64,000 nucleotides of DNA from an uncultured virus (IMG/VR IMGVR_UViG_2657245648_000004). Its lineage: Duplodnaviria > Heunggongvirae > Uroviricota > Caudoviricetes. Positions 1 through 9,594 of the stretch are shown piece after piece (positions within the stretch are counted from its first letter, which is position 1; every line of letters begins with the position of its first letter). Location of the stretch: IMG/VR virus record IMGVR_UViG_2657245648_000004; one strand, given 5' to 3'. A model generated the notes under the pieces. The model was not told where the DNA came from, ran no database searches, and worked only from the letters and a program-made list of their open reading frames with translations. The translations under genes and the position numbers were made by a program.

Positions 1-3000
1 TTTTGAATCATTCTGAGTCTCAGTTTTGCTTGAGCCATCAGAGCTTACAGTGACATAAACAGTGATCGGGGTCTCGTTCGAATTGGATTGCTTTTGGTTC
101 GAATTAATCGCTTCAAATTGTCTAGACTCTCTTCTCGTTGCAATGGCATCAGATTGATTGTTTGATACATAGCCACCGTTAGCATAACCACTTGGTGAAC
201 TCGTCCGCATAGATTCGACAACACTTACCCCACCCCAGCGTTTAATATCTTCTTGCGACCAAACAACCTCACCTTTATGCACAATCCCTGCTGGAGTATG
301 TTTAAGCCCATTTCCTGTATAGCCGCCATCAGAGAAGCCGGCTATAGTTTGTCCAGCGATCAGACCAACATTCGCCATCCCCATCCCAAGCACAAGGTTG
401 GCTGCTGTTGATTTGCTAATTACATCCAAATACCACGGACTTGCTAGAATCTGGTTATACGCCTGTAACGCGCTAATTGTGGCTGAGCCAATTGCGAATG
501 CTTGCTGTGCTATATACATGCCCTTGTATATACCAGATTGCTCGCCCGCTGCATTTTTAACAATTCCAGTCATATTTGACCAGTAGCCACTAAGCTGACT
601 TGTTAAGCTACCAAGTTGCCCCAATTGGGTTTCAAAAAGTGAGCTATTCAGGTCCCGTTCATCTTGAGCATATTTTTCATCCAGTGCTTTTCTGGATTGT
701 AAATATTGCTCTCGCGCTGCCAATAATTGCGAGTTCCTCTGTTCCTCATCAGCAATTAGATTAATACCATTAATTTGGTCTATATATGTATTTAATAGCC
801 CTCCTGCATCAGTTGAATACCGATTTTGCAAATCCCATTGAGCATACTCTCGCGGGTCATTTTGTTGAAATACTTGTTGTGAAGCATTAAAACCGCTCTG
901 AAAAACCTTATCTGATGCGCTATCTAAAGTCTGAAATTGCCCCATATTATTAGCGCTAAGCAACCCAGCTTTTAGTTTGGCATCTCTAACTTTTTCAATC
1001 TCTTTTAACTCGGCTTGATACCGCCTTACTGCTAGCTCAGTCTCGCCCATGTATGAGCTTTTCGCCTCAAGTAACTGTTTTTCACGAGCCAACTCTATAA
1101 GCTCAAGTTCTTGCTGCTTTTGCAATTCCAGGCCATCTAAAGCAACCTTTCTTTGATCTTCAGAGAGTTTGCCTTCAGCAACTAATCGCAAAGAATTGGT
1201 TTTATATGTGTAATCAAGTTTTTGTTCTTCAGTCCACTTATAACCATTTACTTCAAAATCTTGCTGAAGTTTGGCGAGTTCATCTTGAGCTTTATATCGC
1301 TCTTTGATTTTAGGAATTAAGGCTGTTTGACCCGTTTGTTGCGCAAGGTTAATTTCTTCGTTACGAGCCTTGGTTCGCTTCGCTTGCTCCTCCTCATATT
1401 GCTCTTGAAGGTTTAGACCTTGCTTAACTAACTCTAAACGTGCCTTGATTTGCTCTCCATAGGCTCTATCGCTATCACCATCGGATAAACCGCCTTTGCC
1501 AACACCACCAGCAATGATATCGGAATACCTTGAAACCTTAGCTACATACTGCGAAACCTCCTTATTTCGCTCTGCACTGCCTTTAACCTTGCCAGTTTTA
1601 GTAAACTGTCTTGCTCCACCCTCACCTGCATTATGGGAAAGTATTGCCTGAGCCAAGTCACCTGTTTTTTCATAAACCTTGGCGATATTATCAATTACAA
1701 TTTTGCCCGACTTTTCCAAGTCATAACTATCAGCAACAGACATATTGTTCTGTTTACGATAACCACTGGTTGTTTGAAAATATCCTATTGCACCAGTATG
1801 ACTCTTAGCTTCTCGAATACCTTTAGATTCTTGAGCCAATAAGCCTGCAATTACACTTGATGGTATCCCTTTGCTTTCAGCATATTTACCTAAACCACTC
1901 GATTCAATTAAAGCAGCAGATCGCTTGGCTACTTCCAATTCAGCTTGTGTGATTTTAAGTTTTTTCTCACTTTCCTTGGTTTGCTTTCTTTTAGCTTCAG
2001 TTAATTTATCTTCTCGCTCCTGTTGTTCTTCGATGATCTTGAGATTTCTAAGTGCGCTATCAATTTCATCTTTAGACAAAATTGCACTCATTCCTTTTGC
2101 TTTTTGCAGTTCTAAAATGGCATTAGCTTGAGCAACAGTGTAACCTTTATCAAGCCAACCTGATTTATAGATTGAATCAATAACGCTATCTTTTTGCTTG
2201 GCTTGATAATCTTGCAAAGCCTTAGTTGCCTTTTCTGCTTCAGTAGCAGTATTTCCTAAAGCATCAGCATGCTTCTGTTGCTTAATTGCCGCATTTTGTG
2301 CTTCATTACCTCCAAGTTTCACTTCAACTCTTAATAATTTAAGTTTCTCAGCTGATAAACTTGCTTTAGATGCATTGTCATCATACTGCGCAGCCTGTTT
2401 TTTCAGATTTTCATATAGATCTGTAGGCAACTTAATTTTATTTAGACGTTCAATGGCTTCTGTATAGCTGATAGTTCCAGTTCTCGCTTCTTGGGAAATT
2501 TTTTCAACCTCCCTATTTCCTCGTGCATAGTTCTCGATATCAATTAATGCAGACCCTACAGCACGCGATGATTTCTCTAATGCTTTATTTTGTGCATTAA
2601 AAGCAGTAGTTAAATCATTAACTGCTTTAGCCTTATCATTGCCAGTTAATTTTTTTAACTCCTCATCAGCTTTCTCAGCAACTTTAGCTTGTTCAGCAAG
2701 CTTTTGCTTTGCCTCCTCTGCCTTATTATTAAAATAAGAATAGGCTGCCGCTAATCCCATTACTCCTAATGTTGCAACTCCAGCCCACCCACCAATTAAT
2801 CCAAACGCCCCTTTAGCTAGTCTCCCTGCAATTGAAGTTGCAGTATTTAGCTTAATTTGAGCTGCTGTTTGTGCATTTGTAGCAGCAGTTACTGCTGCCT
2901 GTGCTTGTGCGTATCGAGTTGCTGCCGCTGTTGCGCCAAATTTAGCTTGGGTTTCTGCATTTGTTGCTCGCACATTCGCGAGATGAGCTTTTGCTGCATT

Positions 3001-3981
3001 CAAAGCAGCGGTAGCTTCTGCATATTCTGCTTGAGCATTTAATACAGATGCTTGGCGGCTCGCTAAAGTTGAAGCCATTCCCTCTTTAATAGCAGCGCTC
3101 TTCATCAAAATTGCACGAGTGATATATCCAATACCAACTACTAAAGCCCCATCAGCAATTAAATCTAAATTACTTGCAAGAGTTTGAACTGATCCAGCTA
3201 ATACCTGTGCCGCACCACTTCCCTTACCTGCTTCGCCAACAAATTTTGTGATCTCGTTGTTTAGGAGTGTGAGAGACTGCCCGATTGTGATATCTGTTTT
3301 AGCAAAAAGAGCATCAACATCAGATTCTACATTTCTAAGCGCTTTTACAATTTCTTGTGAAGTAATTTTTCCTTCAGCTGCTACTGAACGTAATTCACCT
3401 ACAGTAATACCCATACCTTTAGCAATAGCCTTTGCTAGTGCTGGGGTTTGCTCCATTACAGAATTAAGTTCTTCTCCACGCAACGTTCCACTAGCCAAGG
3501 CCTGCCCGAACTGAACTAAAGCTGCATCAGCAGCTTCTGCGCTTGCACCACTAATTGCTACAGCTTTAGAAACTGTTTCAGTTAAGCGGGCCGTTTCGTC
3601 CATGTTTATGTTTAGTGTTTTCGCATTGTCACTAAAACGCTGGTAGACCTGCAAAACCGAATTCCATGTCGCATAAGTTTTTTGAGCAATTCTAAATGTA
3701 TCTTCAGTTGCTTTATTTAGCTCAACTTGATTCTTGGTTACTAACTTAAGTCTGTTCTGTAAGCCTGTATACTCATCCATTTTGGATATAGCCGCGCCAA
3801 CTGTAACAAGACCTGCCATGTGTCCAGCAAGTGCTCTTGTTGCTACAGACAAACTATCCATGGACTTTGATGCAAAGTCCCCTTTCTTTTCTATGCTGTC
3901 GAGTTCATTGCCTAGATTTCTTGCGTTTCGTTCCGCATTTTTCGAATCAATAGTAATGACTAGACGTGATTCTTGAGTCAT
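1..3981 (-). CDS. Tail tape measure protein, prophage 1 (runs off the window start), with internal lytic transglycosylase (SLT) domain
   Basis: Not in the ORF track because it is partial. ATG at 3981 (MTQESRLVITIDSKNAERNARNLG) matches the 49049-53017 TMP. 1-240 is near-identical to 49130-49370 and in the same frame. Manual translation of 1620-1920 gives QESKG..AIGYFQ..SHNAGEG. Confidence 0.9.
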   Translation of the reverse strand, partial: MTQESRLVITIDSKNAERNARNLGNELDSIEKKGDFASKSMDSLSVATRALAGHMAGLVTVGAAISKMDEYTGLQNRLKLVTKNQVELNKATEDTFRIAQKTYATWNSVLQVYQRFSDNAKTLNINMDETARLTETVSKAVAISGASAEAADAALVQFGQALASGTLRGEELNSVMEQTPALAKAIAKGMGITVGELRSVAAEGKITSQEIVKALRNVESDVDALFAKTDITIGQSLTLLNNEITKFVGEAGKGSGAAQVLAGSVQTLASNLDLIADGALVVGIGYITRAILMKSAAIKEGMASTLASRQASVLNAQAEYAEATAALNAAKAHLANVRATNAETQAKFGATAAATRYAQAQAAVTAATNAQTAAQIKLNTATSIAGRLAKGAFGLIGGWAGVATLGVMGLAAAYSYFNNKAEEAKQKLAEQAKVAEKADEELKKLTGNDKAKAVNDLTTAFNAQNKALEKSSRAVGSALIDIENYARGNREVEKISQEARTGTISYTEAIERLNKIKLPTDLYENLKKQAAQYDDNASKASLSAEKLKLLRVEVKLGGNEAQNAAIKQQKHADALGNTATEAEKATKALQDYQAKQKDSVIDSIYKSGWLDKGYTVAQANAILELQKAKGMSAILSKDEIDSALRNLKIIEEQQEREDKLTEAKRKQTKESEKKLKITQAELEVAKRSAALIESSGLGKYAESKGIPSSVIAGLLAQESKGIREAKSHTGAIGYFQTTSGYRKQNNMSVADSYDLEKSGKIVIDNIAKVYEKTGDLAQAILSHNAGEGGARQFTKTGKVKGSAERNKEVSQYVAKVSRYSDIIAGGVGKGGLSDGDSDRAYGEQIKARLELVKQGLNLQEQYEEEQAKRTKARNEEINLAQQTGQTALIPKIKERYKAQDELAKLQQDFEVNGYKWTEEQKLDYTYKTNSLRLVAEGKLSEDQRKVALDGLELQKQQELELIELAREKQLLEAKSSYMGETELAVRRYQAELKEIEKVRDAKLKAGLLSANNMGQFQTLDSASDKVFQSGFNASQQVFQQNDPREYAQWDLQNRYSTDAGGLLNTYIDQINGINLIADEEQRNSQLLAAREQYLQSRKALDEKYAQDERDLNSSLFETQLGQLGSLTSQLSGYWSNMTGIVKNAAGEQSGIYKGMYIAQQAFAIGSATISALQAYNQILASPWYLDVISKSTAANLVLGMGMANVGLIAGQTIAGFSDGGYTGNGLKHTPAGIVHKGEVVWSQEDIKRWGGVSVVESMRTSSPSGYANGGYVSNNQSDAIATRRESRQFEAINSNQKQSNSNETPITVYVTVSSDGSSKTETQNDSK

Positions 3982-3996
3982 CTTTAACTTTTCTCC

Positions 3997-4032
3997 AGGC
4001 AATAAAAAACCCACTCAGTGAGTGGGTTTTTT
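3997..4032. terminator. Bidirectional intrinsic terminator
   Basis: aaaaaacccactcagtgagtgggtttttt hairpin with A and T tails. Confidence 0.8.
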
Positions 4033-4077
4033 AATTAAGTAATACTTACGATGCGTTCAAATTTTGTTGACTATTGG

Positions 4078-4623
4078 CTACCAGTTTTCATTAGCCTTAG
4101 TCGATGTAATTGCTGACTTGTATTGGTCAATTACATTATTAAGTTTTACAGCAATTTTTTGTTGATGCTGCAGAATTGTGATAGGGACTTCTTTCCCTAG
4201 GTTGTTCACACCACCTTGAACATACGTCAGATTTGTTCTAGTTACATCATTAATCGTTACTCTTGCTTTACTATCTTTAGTATCAATTTTGATTGTAAAA
4301 TTAACTCTATCATTTCCAAAAGCACCACAATCTATAAATCCATCACAAGGGTACTGTATATTCCCTTTCCCAATAATAGAACCTGTGCTTTTGTCAGCAT
4401 ACTGAATGACATTATTTGCAGATTTGAATGATTGAGCGATCCATATCTTTGAATCTTCAAATATCTGATCTTTCGATTTATTTGGCACTTCTATTACTTG
4501 TGATATCTCTGGCATAGCCTGCTGTGTAGGAGTTATTGGTGTCATACACCCTGCTAATCCTAAACTAAATACCCCTACTGCTAAGAACTTCTGCATAATT
4601 TCACCGTTTCTTGTAAAGTCCAT
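4078..4623 (-). CDS. Lipoprotein (accessory, DUF4468-like); likely start 4596
   Basis: MQKFLAVGVFSLGLAGC lipobox; lies between terminators. Confidence 0.75.
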   Translation of the reverse strand: MDFTRNGEIMQKFLAVGVFSLGLAGCMTPITPTQQAMPEISQVIEVPNKSKDQIFEDSKIWIAQSFKSANNVIQYADKSTGSIIGKGNIQYPCDGFIDCGAFGNDRVNFTIKIDTKDSKARVTINDVTRTNLTYVQGGVNNLGKEVPITILQHQQKIAVKLNNVIDQYKSAITSTKANENW

Positions 4624-4691
4624 CGTTTTTAATAAGTTAAATTTAACAGGTGGGAAATAAAAAAGCCACTCGATTGAGTGGCCTCTCTATT

Positions 4692-5105
4692 TTAAGCATG
4701 TAGTAGCTTTTCAGCACCAGCGGCCAAAAAAGCAGAGCGAGTTTTAAATCTTTTATCTTTACCAACATTATCATCAATCTTCCGAATTAATCGGCTTGGT
4801 AAAGTAACATTGATTTTTTCTGGTTTACCTAAGTAACGGCTAACATCAACTTCAGTAACTGCCCAGATCATACCTCTATAATCTTCTTGGTCAATAAACT
4901 TACTGACATCAGATGCTAAAGGAATCTCCTCTCCATCTTCTGCTAGGATTTCCAAGTGGCCAGAAATAGCCTCTTTAACATTCTCGATAGCTTCATATAA
5001 TGTATCGCCTGCGCTGAAACACCCTGGAATATCTGGAACGGAGACACCAAAGGCTTCGGTGTCTGTACCTCTTTCAATAGCAATTGGATATAACATTGCA
5101 CTCAC
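4692..5105 (-). CDS. hicB: HicB antitoxin
   Basis: VPDIPGCFSAGDT..EAIENVKEAI N-domain; RHH-like KINVTLP..RSAFLA C-terminus; downstream of hicA. Confidence 0.93.
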   Translation of the reverse strand: MSAMLYPIAIERGTDTEAFGVSVPDIPGCFSAGDTLYEAIENVKEAISGHLEILAEDGEEIPLASDVSKFIDQEDYRGMIWAVTEVDVSRYLGKPEKINVTLPSRLIRKIDDNVGKDKRFKTRSAFLAAGAEKLLHA

Positions 5106-5160
5106 CTCATGTACAAAATCGTACTGTGAAATAGGACTATATGAGTCTGATTGAAGCGGG

Positions 5161-5343
5161 TCAATTTAGACCCGCTTGCTTCAAAATGCTTTTAACAGTT
5201 CCGTTTGGTAAATCCTTTTTAGGATGAGGGATTGTTACTAATCCCTTTTTGGTTGGGTGTTTGAAGTGATGATGACTTCCTGAAACCCTAACCTCATACC
5301 AACCGTCTGCTTCAATCATTTTGATTAAATCCAGACTTTTCAC
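5161..5343 (-). CDS. hicA: HicA mRNA interferase toxin
   Basis: 60 aa, GW..VR..GSHHHFKHP..VTIPHPKKDL..GT..SILKQAG. Confidence 0.93.
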   Translation of the reverse strand: MKSLDLIKMIEADGWYEVRVSGSHHHFKHPTKKGLVTIPHPKKDLPNGTVKSILKQAGLN

Positions 5344-5371
5344 ACCGTCCCCTTGTTAACTTGATGAGTCA

Positions 5372-5415
5372 ATTATAACCCTAGAGTTGTTTTTAGTAAA
5401 TACCTCTAGGGTTAT
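5372..5415 (-). promoter_or_regulatory. hicAB promoter with inverted-repeat operator
   Basis: Minus strand TTTACT-17bp-TATAAT, overlapped by perfect IR ataaccctagag (5375-5386) / ctctagggttat (5404-5415). Confidence 0.75.
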
Positions 5416-5771
5416 TTTTTTGTTGGACGCTTCATTTTTTTGTGAGAATCATCCAGAAAAATATTATCCATTGCAAAGATACAGTCGTTAAAAATATCTC
5501 TTTCGACTGGGATCTCATAATGATCACAATAGGCAGATATAGCTGCAATATCCAAAGCCAAGGGAATGCCTTGCTCATAACGCCTTGAACGGGAAATTAC
5601 GTTATATGCTGAAAGAATGGCATTGGCTGTAAATGAGTATTCAGGCTTTTGGATGGTTTCAGCTATTTTTAAATTTAAGGCTTTTGCAATTGCTGTTTGT
5701 TTCTTGTTGTAGTCGCTCGCTTCTTCTTCTGAGTTGAACTTGGTCCAGTTGTAGAGGTTAATGACTTTCCC
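5412..5771 (-). CDS. Tail assembly chaperone T segment, reached by -1 frameshift (lambda gpGT-like)
   Basis: G GGA AAG slippery heptamer at 5765-5771; the -1 frame is open to TAA at 5412 (VINLYNWTKF...KKMKRPTKK); conserved in prophage 2. Confidence 0.85.
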   Translation of the reverse strand, partial: GKVINLYNWTKFNSEEEASDYNKKQTAIAKALNLKIAETIQKPEYSFTANAILSAYNVISRSRRYEQGIPLALDIAAISAYCDHYEIPVERDIFNDCIFAMDNIFLDDSHKKMKRPTKK

Positions 5772-6208
5772 ACTACTTCATCCTTATATGCATCAGCTTC
5801 TTTTTGGATATTTTCCGCCTCTTGTCTCACAAACAACCAAATTGCCACACCAAGATCGCCTAGATTCAACAACTTAATTGCATTTTCCTGCGAATATTCT
5901 GGTTCAGACACAATCAGTTCTTGATTTTCGGTTACTTCTTCAAAAACTACGCCTTTCCAGTCCTCAATTAAATGGCAGGCCGCAGCTTCAAGAAGCAATT
6001 CATGATATAGCTTGTCGTCTTTACTAGCTTTAGTTACATCATAACCTTTTGATGCAATCTGATTATTTGCACGCTCAAGGGCCACTTGATATGGTTTATA
6101 TGAGATACCACGTACTTTAAATTCAGCTAATACATTCCCTTCACCATCAATATACTTACGCCATTTACTAACTGTTTTACTAGTCTGAATGCTTACTTTT
6201 AAAGCCAT
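5675..6208 (-). CDS. Tail assembly chaperone (gpG-like)
   Basis: Immediately downstream of the tail tube gene; carries the slippery site. Confidence 0.85.
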   Translation of the reverse strand: MALKVSIQTSKTVSKWRKYIDGEGNVLAEFKVRGISYKPYQVALERANNQIASKGYDVTKASKDDKLYHELLLEAAACHLIEDWKGVVFEEVTENQELIVSEPEYSQENAIKLLNLGDLGVAIWLFVRQEAENIQKEADAYKDEVVGKSLTSTTGPSSTQKKKRATTTRNKQQLQKP

Positions 6209-6252
6209 TTTAAACTCCAAAAAAAGCAGCCCTAAGGCTGCTATCAGATTGA

Positions 6253-7182
6253 TTAAGGCGCAGGAACTGCTGCTGGTGTACGAGTGATGGTTGGGGCTAC
6301 TTCAACGACTTTATATTCGAATGAAGCATTTAAAAGATCTGAATTACCACCACTAGGTAATGGGGCAGTAATTTCAGCTTTAGGAATAAAAATTTCATAT
6401 TTATTCCCATCTGTATCAGTGATTGGAACTTTTAATGAAATTGTTTTGTTAGTGAATTGCTTTTCATACATATCGGATGTATTTCGTGACCAAGCTGCGG
6501 TAAATGAACCTGTACCTGTTGCAAGCATTTCTAGGATTGCACGTGCATCAATACCACCACCTAAACAGCGTTGTAGCTGCATAGTGTTATCCCAATTAAA
6601 TGTAAAAGCGGTCAAGCATGAAATCCCAGCTTGAGAAACGCCGTCAATTAAAATGTCACCTACAGAGACATTCGACATTTTAGGATTGTTATCTGCCGCT
6701 GTAATTGTTCCAGCCGGTGCTGAAGAAAATTTTGTACGACCAAGAGCCATAAGGCCGAAAGTCATTGTAATTAAGCCAGCTTCAGGAATATCAATTCCAA
6801 AAGTGTTTACATGACATCCACGGAAAACATGGTAGTCATTAACATCTTCAAAGCCACGTAAAACAGAAAATGTTTGACGAAGTGTGCCACCAAAAGTTAA
6901 TACATTTGACGACCAGTTATTAAAAGCAGCTGCAGCCATTAAGTCTTGAACTAATGAACTGTACTTCGCTTCACATTTTAATTCACCGGCATACTCTGCA
7001 CCGGTAATCATTGATGAACGTGCAATACGGCCACTTGTGATTGAGTTAGAGTCTTCCTTTGTTACTGTCGCATCAAGGCCATTTTCAGTAAATTCAAAGG
7101 TCGTACGTGCGAAGGGTGAAGGTGTGGTACCAACAGTGGTTTCCTTCGCGATTTGTGTTATCTGACGTGCACCACTCGACAT
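6253..7182 (-). CDS. Major tail tube protein
   Basis: 309 aa; synteny; near-identical to 55122-56051. Confidence 0.88.
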   Translation of the reverse strand: MSSGARQITQIAKETTVGTTPSPFARTTFEFTENGLDATVTKEDSNSITSGRIARSSMITGAEYAGELKCEAKYSSLVQDLMAAAAFNNWSSNVLTFGGTLRQTFSVLRGFEDVNDYHVFRGCHVNTFGIDIPEAGLITMTFGLMALGRTKFSSAPAGTITAADNNPKMSNVSVGDILIDGVSQAGISCLTAFTFNWDNTMQLQRCLGGGIDARAILEMLATGTGSFTAAWSRNTSDMYEKQFTNKTISLKVPITDTDGNKYEIFIPKAEITAPLPSGGNSDLLNASFEYKVVEVAPTITRTPAAVPAP

Positions 7183-7204
7183 ATCTATATACTCCGACGT
7201 TAGG

Positions 7205-7270
7205 CATAAAAAAAGCCACCCGAAGGTGGCTATAAAATTAGGGACGTAAAAAAACCGCCCTCAGGCGGTA
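7205..7270 (-). terminator. Tandem intrinsic terminators
   Basis: gccacccgaaggtggc and accgccctcaggcggt hairpins with minus-strand T runs; repeated at 56075-56140. Confidence 0.75.
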
Positions 7271-7289
7271 ACTTCTTTAAAACTTAATA

Positions 7290-7502
7290 TCAATCATCCA
7301 AATCAACACTTACTCCAGTAACAATATTTAAATTTGGTCCATTTATGCTATTAACATTAGCGAGGCGAATTTTTACATCAGAAATACATAATTTATTAGA
7401 CAACTGCCATTTACTTAGCTCCTTAGCCATTACATCTGCCAAGTGTCGTTCAAGCTCTTGTTTTTTAATTTCAATTTCTTCTAGCGTCAGCATGTAAGAC
7501 AT
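7290..7502 (-). CDS. Hypothetical protein (variable slot)
   Basis: 70 aa ORF abutting the tail terminator gene. Confidence 0.65.
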   Translation of the reverse strand: MSYMLTLEEIEIKKQELERHLADVMAKELSKWQLSNKLCISDVKIRLANVNSINGPNLNIVTGVSVDLDD

Positions 7503-7503
7503 A

Positions 7504-7902
7504 TCAATTCACCGTAAATCCAATCGTCACATTGTACTGCAGAAAGTCAGCATCTTTACCCGCATCTATCGTTTGACCTTGAAAGCATTCTAAATGCCCA
7601 ATCCTGAAATATTCAAAATGTGAAAGTAATGCAACACTTAGAATGGTTATTGCCTGGTCTCCCGTGTCTGGTCTTGCAAAGCATTGAATCAAGATATTCC
7701 CAGTACGTCGAGTACAGGGTGTATCGGCTAACCCAGCAATGAAACTTGGACCCCATTTAATGGTTAAGCGGCACCATAAGCCCTTTGCTGGTGCTAAGAA
7801 GCCTGGTGCATTTGGATAATGGATTCTTTCTTGAGAAATTCCTGTAAAGGCCATCATACGGTCGACTATTGCTTGTCTAGCTTGCTCTAATGTCATTGGC
7901 AT
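7504..7902 (-). CDS. Tail terminator-like protein
   Basis: Synteny; homologue at 56556-56954; start moved to MPMTLEQ. Confidence 0.75.
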   Translation of the reverse strand: MPMTLEQARQAIVDRMMAFTGISQERIHYPNAPGFLAPAKGLWCRLTIKWGPSFIAGLADTPCTRRTGNILIQCFARPDTGDQAITILSVALLSHFEYFRIGHLECFQGQTIDAGKDADFLQYNVTIGFTVN

Positions 7903-7903
7903 C

Positions 7904-8272
7904 TTAGCCACCATATTTTTGAGTAATGTAAGTGAAAGTAGTGCTGTAAATACCAAGAGGTGCTTGATCAGACCAACCGTTTTCTAATCGCGGACCATAG
8001 GCTTTGTTGTTTTGAATAAAGATCAGATTTCCAAGCTTAAACTTGACTGCTTGAACTGCTGCATCTTGAACTGGATTAGTTGATGGTTCACGAACACCAT
8101 AATCAGCAGTTCCAATAGATACGATATGAGAAGCTCTGTAAGCACCTGTATCAACTGGACTCGAAACTACAAGTGATTGCACGGTATCCATCGTGATTTT
8201 CTTTACTTGTTCTTCAGCATTTTTCACCACATCAACACTAAAGCTAGTCGGCTTTTTCCCCTTCCATCCCAT
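7904..8272 (-). CDS. HK97 gp10-like neck/tail completion protein
   Basis: SPVDTGAYRAS and LENGWSDQAP motifs. Confidence 0.8.
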   Translation of the reverse strand: MGWKGKKPTSFSVDVVKNAEEQVKKITMDTVQSLVVSSPVDTGAYRASHIVSIGTADYGVREPSTNPVQDAAVQAVKFKLGNLIFIQNNKAYGPRLENGWSDQAPLGIYSTTFTYITQKYGG

Positions 8273-8654
8273 TGCTCACCTCGCTTGCTTCGTACATTTC
8301 AAATAGGTCTTGAGCGATCGCTTGAATTGAATATGCTTCAAACTCAACACTTGGTTCACTTTCACCCATTCGCTTCTTTACTATTTGCCAAACGTGAACC
8401 GCTTCATGTAAAAGCAATCCATATACTTGAATTTGATCTTTATCTGACGTCTCCCCGATCTGGACAATTGCATAAGCACCATTAGAAAAAGTGCTAACCT
8501 GGGCATCAGCTCCCATATCCAAAAATTGATCAGCTTCACCCATGTCCTCAAATAGTAGATCCATGTGCAACTGATTTCTTGCGAGTGTATATTTGACATG
8601 TTGAAATGGTGATATGTACCACTCAGGCACATAATCGTTATTAACCATGGCCAT
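8244..8654 (-). CDS. HExxH-containing hypothetical protein
   Basis: LLHEAVH..E.EAY motif; homologue at 57296-57706. Confidence 0.7.
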   Translation of the reverse strand: MAMVNNDYVPEWYISPFQHVKYTLARNQLHMDLLFEDMGEADQFLDMGADAQVSTFSNGAYAIVQIGETSDKDQIQVYGLLLHEAVHVWQIVKKRMGESEPSVEFEAYSIQAIAQDLFEMYEASEVSNGMEGEKAD

Positions 8655-8658
8655 CCTC

Positions 8659-8829
8659 TCAGCTTGGTAAGAGTGTTTCCGTAGCTTCTCTACCATCAAA
8701 TGAATTATGAATAAAAATGCCATCCACAATTTTGGGATGGCATTCACAATGAAAAAAAGTGTGTGGTCTTAAATCATCTGCAGGTACCACTTGAACACTT
8801 TCATGAAATTTATATACAACCCAAGACAT
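8659..8829 (-). CDS. Small His/Cys-rich protein
   Basis: DDLRPH..HCECHP..IHNSFDGRE; homologue at 57711-57881. Confidence 0.65.
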   Translation of the reverse strand: MSWVVYKFHESVQVVPADDLRPHTFFHCECHPKIVDGIFIHNSFDGREATETLLPS

Positions 8830-9197
8830 CACACTCTCCGTAACTGACACTTCCAAATGGTCGCGGCTGGATCTTGTTTAATATGTTTAACTCGAAATGT
8901 ACCCTGTTCAGTTACCCATTCATCTTCAAGTTTGGGAACCATTGAAACTTCATTCTGCAGCACAGTAGCTTTTTTATCTGTGGCCAGTACTCCAAGTGTT
9001 AAAACTTCATACTGACTGTACGAACCAAATAAGACGCCACGACCAGAATAATTTTCAACTACATTTTCAGAAGTGTTAGTTTTAGGATTCCAGCTTGTAC
9101 TGACTATCCTTTCACACGTAAAAGTATGAACGGCGTCAGCTAGATCCTCGTCAAATGCTTCAGCAATTTCTGCCTGAATTTCGTCACGTAGTCCCAT
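8829..9197 (-). CDS. Head closure / head-tail joining protein
   Basis: Synteny; QDPAATIWKCQLR C-terminus; homologue at 57881-58249. Confidence 0.7.
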   Translation of the reverse strand: MGLRDEIQAEIAEAFDEDLADAVHTFTCERIVSTSWNPKTNTSENVVENYSGRGVLFGSYSQYEVLTLGVLATDKKATVLQNEVSMVPKLEDEWVTEQGTFRVKHIKQDPAATIWKCQLRRV

Positions 9198-9200
9198 AAA

Positions 9201-9590
9201 TCATGCTCTATAAAGTGGAATTCCAAAGCCATTAAAACTAGCGTTAGGATCCTTCAGATCAAGGGAATCAATAAAATCAATTGCTATCTGCTCAAAGCTG
9301 GAAATTGCTTCAGATCCATCTTGATATTCCTTTTCAGACTCAACAGAATCGGCCTTTACTTTCTTACGCTTCAGCTGCTGTTCTTTACCGTTATAAATCA
9401 CCTTAGCCAAAATACCCTTGATGATTTCACAAGCAGCATCCTTAAGAAGCGGATCTATAGGATCCGGTACAAAACCAATCCGTTTTTTCATCCAGACATT
9501 TGCCAGTTGAACCAGACGAGCTTTATCACTATCCGGTGCAAAATCGCTGCCCAAAATTGAATTTGCGTCATCTACAGTAATAAAGCTCAT
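9201..9590 (-). CDS. Head-tail connector/adaptor
   Basis: MSFITV start; KKVKADSVESEKEY; synteny. Confidence 0.7.
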   Translation of the reverse strand: MSFITVDDANSILGSDFAPDSDKARLVQLANVWMKKRIGFVPDPIDPLLKDAACEIIKGILAKVIYNGKEQQLKRKKVKADSVESEKEYQDGSEAISSFEQIAIDFIDSLDLKDPNASFNGFGIPLYRA

Positions 9591-9594
9591 AGGA

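Noticed and set aside
398..4431. Plus-strand ORFs over the TMP1 and lipoprotein genes, and similar antisense ORFs across the window
   Set aside because: Shadow ORFs opposite well-supported genes, with no motifs
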